A DNA stretch of 64,000 bases, from contig OZ024752.1 in assembly GCA_964016885.1 (NCBI GenBank), positions 30,194,001 through 30,258,000 on the forward strand, written 5' to 3'. A program made the translations under genes and the position numbers. The notes under the pieces are model-generated. The model was given only the letters and a program-made list of their open reading frames with translations, did no database searches and had not been told where the DNA came from. Origin of the DNA: Eledone cirrhosa (Eukaryota). This document shows positions 56,569 through 64,000 of the stretch, piece after piece (position 1 is the stretch's first letter; every line of letters begins with the position of its first letter).

Positions 56569-57509
56569 CTGGAGGAATGTAATATAGAGAAGGGAACTAA
56601 GGAGTGAGTCCTGATATACATCAACCTGTACATATGTAAAACACATTCTACTTGACATATGGATGGAAATAGTGACAAACAGATTGCTCCAACAAGACAA
56701 ATTACAAAATTATCTTTTGACTTTTTTAATATATTATGACTGCCCTTTTTAATGATGATAATAACTGATGATAAGTATAATAAAGAGACAGAATGTCTCA
56801 TTCAACACAGTGGAACTAATAAGAAAGACCATTCTGATAAAGCAATCTTATTAGATTAACTAGTTTCCAGCATGATGTTATACAGATGGAGACAAGATAG
56901 ATCAGTGCTGAGACATGTAATGTTGGGAAAAGGAAAGTAGCAAAGAGAGAGAGAGTGATGAGTGTGTAGGAGAGAGAGAGAGGAGAGTGTAGCAGAGAGA
57001 GAGAGAGAGGAGAGTGTAGGAGAGAGAGGAGAGTGTAGAAGAGAGAGAGAGGAGTGTAGGAGAGAGAGAGAAAGGAGGGTCAGGAGAGAGAGAGAGAAAG
57101 GAGGGTCAGGAGAGAGAGAGAGAAAGGAGGGTCAGGAGAGAGAGAGAGAGGGGGAGAGAGAGAGAGAAATGGAGAGTAGGAGAAAGAAGCAAATGGCAAA
57201 TGAGAAATACAATAATGTCCAATGATCGAGTCATAGAGTGGAAGAGTGAACAGTAGAAATAAGAGCCAGACTGGTAAATAATGCAGTGAATTAGTAAAAT
57301 TACTTTCATAGCTCTTCACATGATATAGAAATATATGAGTAGTAATTATCCATTTCATTCATGTGATGATATCATGTAGATGCTTAGTTTTTTAAAATAA
57401 AATAATCTTGTTTGTCAAAAACTATTAAATTCACTTTACATGTAATCCTTTGTTTCTTGGTGTCAAAATTCCTGTTGCAATATTTCCAATCTGGTCATTA
57501 ACATTATAT

Positions 57510-57870
57510 AATTAGAATTCGTAGAATAATGAAAAGAATCAACGCAAGGAAGCTGTTAAAACAGCAAAATGGCGTCAATGACTGTGTAGGGTAGAATTTA
57601 TCTCAGGGGAGAGAAATCAACAGCTAGAAATGTGTTGGCCTGCAGATACTATATATATATACTATATATATATACTATATATATATAATATATACTATAT
57701 ATATATACTATATATATATATCCTCCTATCACTTCTGTAGGCCAAAACACGTCTAGCTGATGATTTCTGTCCTTTGAGGTAAAATTTACCCCACACTGTC
57801 ATTGCCAGCATTTTGCTGTTTTAACAGCTTCCTTGCATTGAGTTCTTCTCATTATTCTATGAATTCTAAT
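57510..57870. repeat. Diverged inverted repeat (~135-bp arms) around a TA tract
   Basis: Direct. Confidence 0.8.
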
Positions 57871-59867
57871 ACATTTATGCTTCAAACTCGATCTTCAAGA
57901 TAACTTTGTTTATGTTATGTAATTACTTTAATTTCAACAAAATTCTTGTTGCAATGTTTCCAACCTGATCAAATAACATGATGCACTGAATATACTCTCA
58001 TATATTAAGCTAAGGAATATCTGAGCAAAAAAAAAAAAAAAATAAAAAAAAAAAGTCGATGGTAAAAGGGTCAATATTTTTGATGATTTTCACCAACTTC
58101 AAATTCTATGTAAATAAGCTTTGGCTTTTTGCCCATTTCTCACACATAAAACAGTGGGGTCAGCTTATAGTGGGACAGACTGGCTTATATTCATATTAGC
58201 TTATATTAGAGTATATATGGTACTTGCTTTAATTTCAACAACATCCTTGTTGTAATATTTCCAACCTGTCAACTAACATAATGTAATTACTTTAATACCA
58301 ACCAACACAGTTTCATATTAAGTCACTTACCAGACTTACAACTACACAATATTGTTTGTATTCAACAAAAAATGGATTTTGTTTTTTGCTTTCATATAAT
58401 TAATTACACACACCATGACATCAAAAATCCAAATTAATTAATACTTATGAGTTAAGTATTAACATACATAACGTAGTAAACACAATAACTTTAATTAATT
58501 AAATCTCTATGAAGAAGAGGAGGTAAATGTTGTTGAACAATAGTTAAATCAGCTAAACAAAGAAAACAGAATAACTCAGAACAAATAAATGGAAGTCTTT
58601 AAAAGGGATGGATGCACCAGTCCCAATTAATTAAAATTGGAAATAAGCAATGTATTAATGGAAAGAATAGTTTGATCATTGGCACAGTAACAACTCTAAG
58701 ACATGTTTCCTTCTTATTAACCCTTTTTAGTGAAGAATAGCTATTTACATGTCTATTGAGTCCACAGAGAAAAATTAATAAATGCATATACATAGATGGC
58801 ATATACACTGGTAAAGTAATAGCTTCTGATTTAGGCAGAAGGCTAACAAATTTGGGGAGAGGGGAAAGTCGATTAAATCAATCCCAGTGCATTACTGGTA
58901 TCATAATATCATAAAATATCATTAATATCCTTGATAAATCTATATATGTTTGTTTCTTATTTATTATAAGATTACTGTTGGTGACTTACACAACAAACAC
59001 ACCCAGTATATGCGGCAAAATGATTGGTGATAGGAAGGGCATTCAGCCATAAAAACTTGCCAAACTAAGGGTCAGAAGGTTTCTTCAACTGTGTCAAGGA
59101 TATGACAACTTCTCTAGTATTAGTGCTATGATATAATACAAACACCTCAATCTGTCAAAAAGCAAATGTCTCTAGAAATAAAGCACACTTGACATATTAT
59201 AAATGGAGTGTAATGTCTTCAAATAAGTTACATTTTTTTTTAGAAAGTGTTCAATCACCTTGAATTGACAATCAATTATTTCTCTAAAAATACTAATTAA
59301 AATTTTAGCTCATGATTATTTCATGAGAAAAATTTGAATAATCACGATTGCTATCACTAGCAGAAATCACAGTGGGTTAATCAATTCATTTATTGCATGA
59401 TTGTATCTTAATTAAAAACAGTCAATTGAAATTCTTGTAAAAATTATATTCAGCAAGGGCAATTCCTATTTTATATAACTTTATTCCCTAAATATGAAAT
59501 CTTACATACAAGGGTTTGAATTTCACAACAAAAATTATGGACCATCATCATTAATATCATCCTCAACATCATCATTATCAGTGTTTTAATAAAAGTATCA
59601 AGTAAATTCAATAATCTACAGATCTAAATAAAGAATTAAATTTATTCAGAAACACACTTTGAATGTATTAGTATAGCAGATGGTGTTGGTCCTGCAAAAG
59701 TTAATCTAGCAAAATGGGGATACGTAAAGTCTAAAATATATTAAGGTTGAATTTACTTTGATCTTGGATCAATAAAACATATATAAGTAAATCATTTCAA
59801 TTGATTTTACACTCCCTTATGAATTTGGTAAGTGGCTAGTCAAAAGAAATAGTTGATCAATCAGGTT

Positions 59868-60056
59868 GTATGTGACTGTGGCATCGAACCGCAGACTACG
59901 CAGCACCTCCTGATATAGCCGCTGCTGGAACACCCCTGCACAGAATTTGACTTGGCAGAGTTCTATGAGAAAGGACAGCAATGTGTTCAGCTGTGGCAGA
60001 AGCACATCTAACCAAGCTTTGTAGTTGACACTCTTGTGGACACGATAAGGAAGAAA
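59868..60056 (+). mobile_element. 3' end of a LINE ORF2 (Zn-finger, RTEX/Nimb/I-like)
   Basis: + frame CDCGIEPQTTQHLLI*PLL...W...*, then a ggacacgataaggaagaa tail. Confidence 0.7.
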
Positions 60057-60870
60057 CAAATTTAATATAATACTGCCAGAATTTTGATGCAGTTAAGGGT
60101 AGCATTTCACCAATAAACTCTCTCAATAAGCTGTATAATTTAAAGTACTTTAGATTGATATTACTCAGAAAAATAAGGGATTTATTTATAAGAATGCAGT
60201 CTGGGAAGATAAACAGATAAATAAATCTTTAGGAAAAAAAAAAAAAAACTTCTGATTTTAGAGACTATCTAAATTTAAGACCTTGTATCTATATAAATAA
60301 TTAATCATGTAAAATATTGAGAATAAAACAGTCATTAAGTATTGCTGGCTACTTTATGGTAGTTAAAACATTGTCTTATTGTTCTCAGTCTAAAATATAT
60401 TAAGGTTGAATTTACTTAGATCTTGGATCAATAAAACATATATAAGTAAATCATTTCAATTGATTTTACACTCCCTTATGAATTTGGTAAGTGGCTAGTC
60501 AAAAGAAATAGTTGATCAATCAGGTTTAAGTGCACAGTATATTTAAATATGAAAAACTATCAATATATTTGATTATGTATGAGTATTCACACATTTAATA
60601 CAGAATTCATTGTGAACAGAAGATCCTTTTAGTTTTTGTTTTAAATAGAAATTGGCAGAATTCTGTAAGTATAAGACAATTAAGGAATATAAACCACCAG
60701 ATCTGGTTATAATAATTATACTCAATAAACTGAATGAGTCCAAATCAAGAACACAAGATTGATCATGGTGTAGCTGTATTTTGTTAAATAAGATAATGAA
60801 AGTAATTAAAATATACTTGACTGATATTATGTCTGAGATAGCAAACTTCTTTTGATTAATGATACCCAAA

Positions 60871-61055
60871 ATAATTGTTTCTACTTTTGGGCACAAGGCC
60901 AGCAATTACCCAGTACATAACTGGTACTTTATTTTATCGACCCCCTAAGGATGAAAGGCAAAGTTAACCTCAGCGGGATTTGAACTCAGATCATAAAGGG
61001 ACATAACTATGCTAGAAAGCATGGCATCTGACCCTCTACCGATACTGCCAATCCA
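60871..61055 (-). mobile_element. tRNA-derived SINE
   Basis: Match to 12863-13048. Confidence 0.85.
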
Positions 61056-64000
61056 CCAAATATTTACAAAACATCCATCAGCCATATAAGTAAACCCTCT
61101 TCACTGAGCATTTCAAATACTGACCCTATGTTATCCTGAATCCACAATCTGTTCTACTGGCACTGTAAAAAAAAACATTTTTTTTCAGAATTTTCCTGTT
61201 AAACTCTATTTCCACTTGGAATGGAACAAAGTAAATTTTTATTTCTCCTCACCCATACTTCTTCTTGAAGTCATCCAATACCTTGAAGCAGTGATGAGGC
61301 ATTGGACAATATTTGAGCTCCAGAGTCCTCAGTTGACCATTGCAGCATGCAGGTCAACTCCTTTGTGGCCTATGTTCATCTTGATTGATTTCAAGGTGAT
61401 ATATGGCCAACCAACTCATCCCTTTGCATCCTATTTTTTCTTAATAAACAATATTAAATGAAGTTTTCAGTTGCAAACCCTACTATCCAATGATACTATC
61501 CTCTTTATATACACTCCTGAAAGAAACTTCTTAAGTCTGTGATTAAATATTTTTCTTGGTCAAAAAGAATTAAAAATACAGAAACAAATAACCAGGAAAA
61601 ATATCTATTTATTAATTCAAATATTTATATTGTCTTCACTAGTGGACAGAACATTGTGAAAATTTGTATTAAATTAAAGCCTTTAAAATGTTGAATGTAA
61701 TGCAATTATAATGCTGCTTTTTACATTTCAAGAATATCTTATTAATGTGGTTTCATGTGGTATAGGATGATAAGAGGTAATGAAAAAAGAATTCAGATTA
61801 ATTGTTAAGACACAAGATAACAAATTTGTGACATCAGTTTTGCTGCTGCTGAGATGTCATACTCATGGATATTGTTCTGAAGGTTTGTCAGTCACACAGG
61901 AATACCAATAACACAGGATGAAGTTGTTTGTTCATGAAAACGGAATTAAGGCTACAAGCAACTGAAAAGTGCTTAAATTGTAATAAAAATCAATGTGGTT
62001 AGGGCACTTTTATCAGTGTGGTCTTTAACTAATCAATTAGTAACATTAATATTTTTTTTAATGTAAACTTGAATTATAATATTTGTATTTATTCATGCCT
62101 CTGGGATTGTGTTGCACAGTATTTTACCAAATATCTCTTTTCCAGAATTTAAACTTTTAAGAAACAAAGATTTTCAAATGTCAAACGTGACTAAATCTCT
62201 GTCTAGTCTTAAACTTAACTCACAACATTGACATACTTAATGTAAAACTTTCGAAAATGTTAAATTTAATTAATAATCTATTGGACCATGAACTATGTAT
62301 TCTAGTTTTCTAAATATTTCCTCATAAACATAATAAGAGCAGCTGAACCATATGTAAACTGGAGAAAATATTCCAATACTTAAACATTTGAAAATATGTG
62401 AGTTTAGTTGTATGAGTGGTTTATACTGAAAAAACTTTAGGAACAGTTTTTTTAATATGTATATATATATATATATACTGATGAAATAACTCAAAACAAA
62501 GCTATAATTTTTTTCTTTTTCCTAAGTGGTAAGAAATTCTCAGAAGAGCAGAAGGTCTTCAGAGAAGAACCTCTCCCCAACTCAAGCAAGTGTTTCAGTC
62601 CTTGGCCTGTTCCCAGACACTAATGGTCTAGCTATGTGGTAAGAAACTTTCAGAAGAACTGGTCAGCAGAAGGTCTTCAGAGAAGAACCCCTCAAGCAAG
62701 TGTTTTCCCTTAATTTCTGCTTCAACAATTTTCTGTCAGCAAAAATAGATAAATAATTTAGGAAATAAAAAAAAAAGATTGAACAAATGTTGTGAATAAA
62801 ACTCTAAAAATGAATTTAATGAAATCAGGATAGCTTGAAGATACAAGTTTATTAAATCAACTGTCCACATCATCATCATTGTTTAATGTCTGCTTTCCCT
62901 GCTATTAAGGGTTAGATGGGTCGACATAGATCAAGTTAATACTGAAACAGGGCTTCTGATCTCCCAGACAAGTCAGAGATCACCATCTCACTTATGTATA
63001 GTCTCAACAATAGTAGAAAAAAATGACACAAAAGATTTAAAACAAAAACTAAATTGAAATTATTTAATTTTATATAATTTCTGCATAGTAATAGAAAGCA
63101 GGCTTCTATCTGCTACTGGTACTATGCAACTCAATACAACTAAGCCAGCTCCCCCCACCAGACCCTGGTCTGATAAGGAAGGTAAGTGGAACCCCAGCAC
63201 AAAAAACAAGAGCTGTTAAAAGGGCAGGTGAACTCCTCAGAGTCAATGGTCATCCACCCCAACTGGGTTAAATAGCCACACCAATCCACAATTGACCAAG
63301 TGTGGTGAGTACGGCTATGAAGATATGACCAAAACTAAGCAGAAAACAGTGGAGGTCTACCAAGGAGGGATTCCTCAAACAGGAGTGAAAAGTTCCTGGA
63401 TTGGATTGGAATAGAAAACAGTAAATTTTATACATTTATTAAGTATTGATAATATATTACACAAAGATTAATCATGAGCTTAATGTAGAAATGGTTGATG
63501 AAATGAATAAGTTATTGTATTACTAGTACATATGTCTTGAATACAATAAAATTATAGATATTTTATTGAATATCTGGCCATAACATTAATTCTACATGCT
63601 TCAGATCAGGTAACTATCAGAGGAGTAACATAATATCTGTGAATGTTACTAGCATTTCACTGCCATCTGAGCCATGGACAATTTATTTCATATTTAGTTA
63701 ATGTCATCAACTTAATAATCTGCTCATATAAACTTCTCAGATTTCTAGGAAGATACAAGGTTTGGCAATGTTTTGTTTTCCATTTCTTTTTTTTTTTTTT
63801 TTTTACAAAATGTTCTTGGTGAAACTAAATTTTTTATTGATTCCTCTAAAATGGATATCCATGAAGATGGATCTCTTTTAGCTTTGGTGATAAGTATTCA
63901 CAGAAAAAGAAAGTGTTTTGTTTATGGATTTAAGTGTTTTGTTTATGCATTTAAACAGGCCGTATCTGGCCAGAATTCTCTCACCTTTTCTGTTCAAACT

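Noticed and set aside
59817-60126. Minus-strand ORFs as a host exon
   Set aside because: Better explained by a + strand LINE Zn-finger remnant

Overview
AT-rich, repeat-saturated animal DNA. The SINE/RTE repertoire resembles octopus/cephalopod (inference). Only one convincing host exon is visible: 41869-41999 (-), the N-terminal ankyrin region of a RAI14/UACA/ANKRD24-like gene, so most of the window is probably intronic. The rest is giant (TA)n arrays, minisatellites, tRNA-derived SINEs and LINEs (CR1/L2, RTE, an L1/Tx1-clade element with an intact ORF2, Penelope-like elements). Two signals stand out. (1) About 11 minimal type-I hammerhead-ribozyme motifs from about 7 unrelated sequence families, several with a self-complementary stem III, mostly inside fold-back palindromes embedded in (TA)n; two of the families are tied directly to Penelope-like pseudo-LTRs. 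(2) An L1/Tx1-clade family whose four insertions all sit at (C)TATC repeats, i.e. a probable GATA-microsatellite-targeting retrotransposon. All folds and alignments were done by eye and boundaries are approximate.
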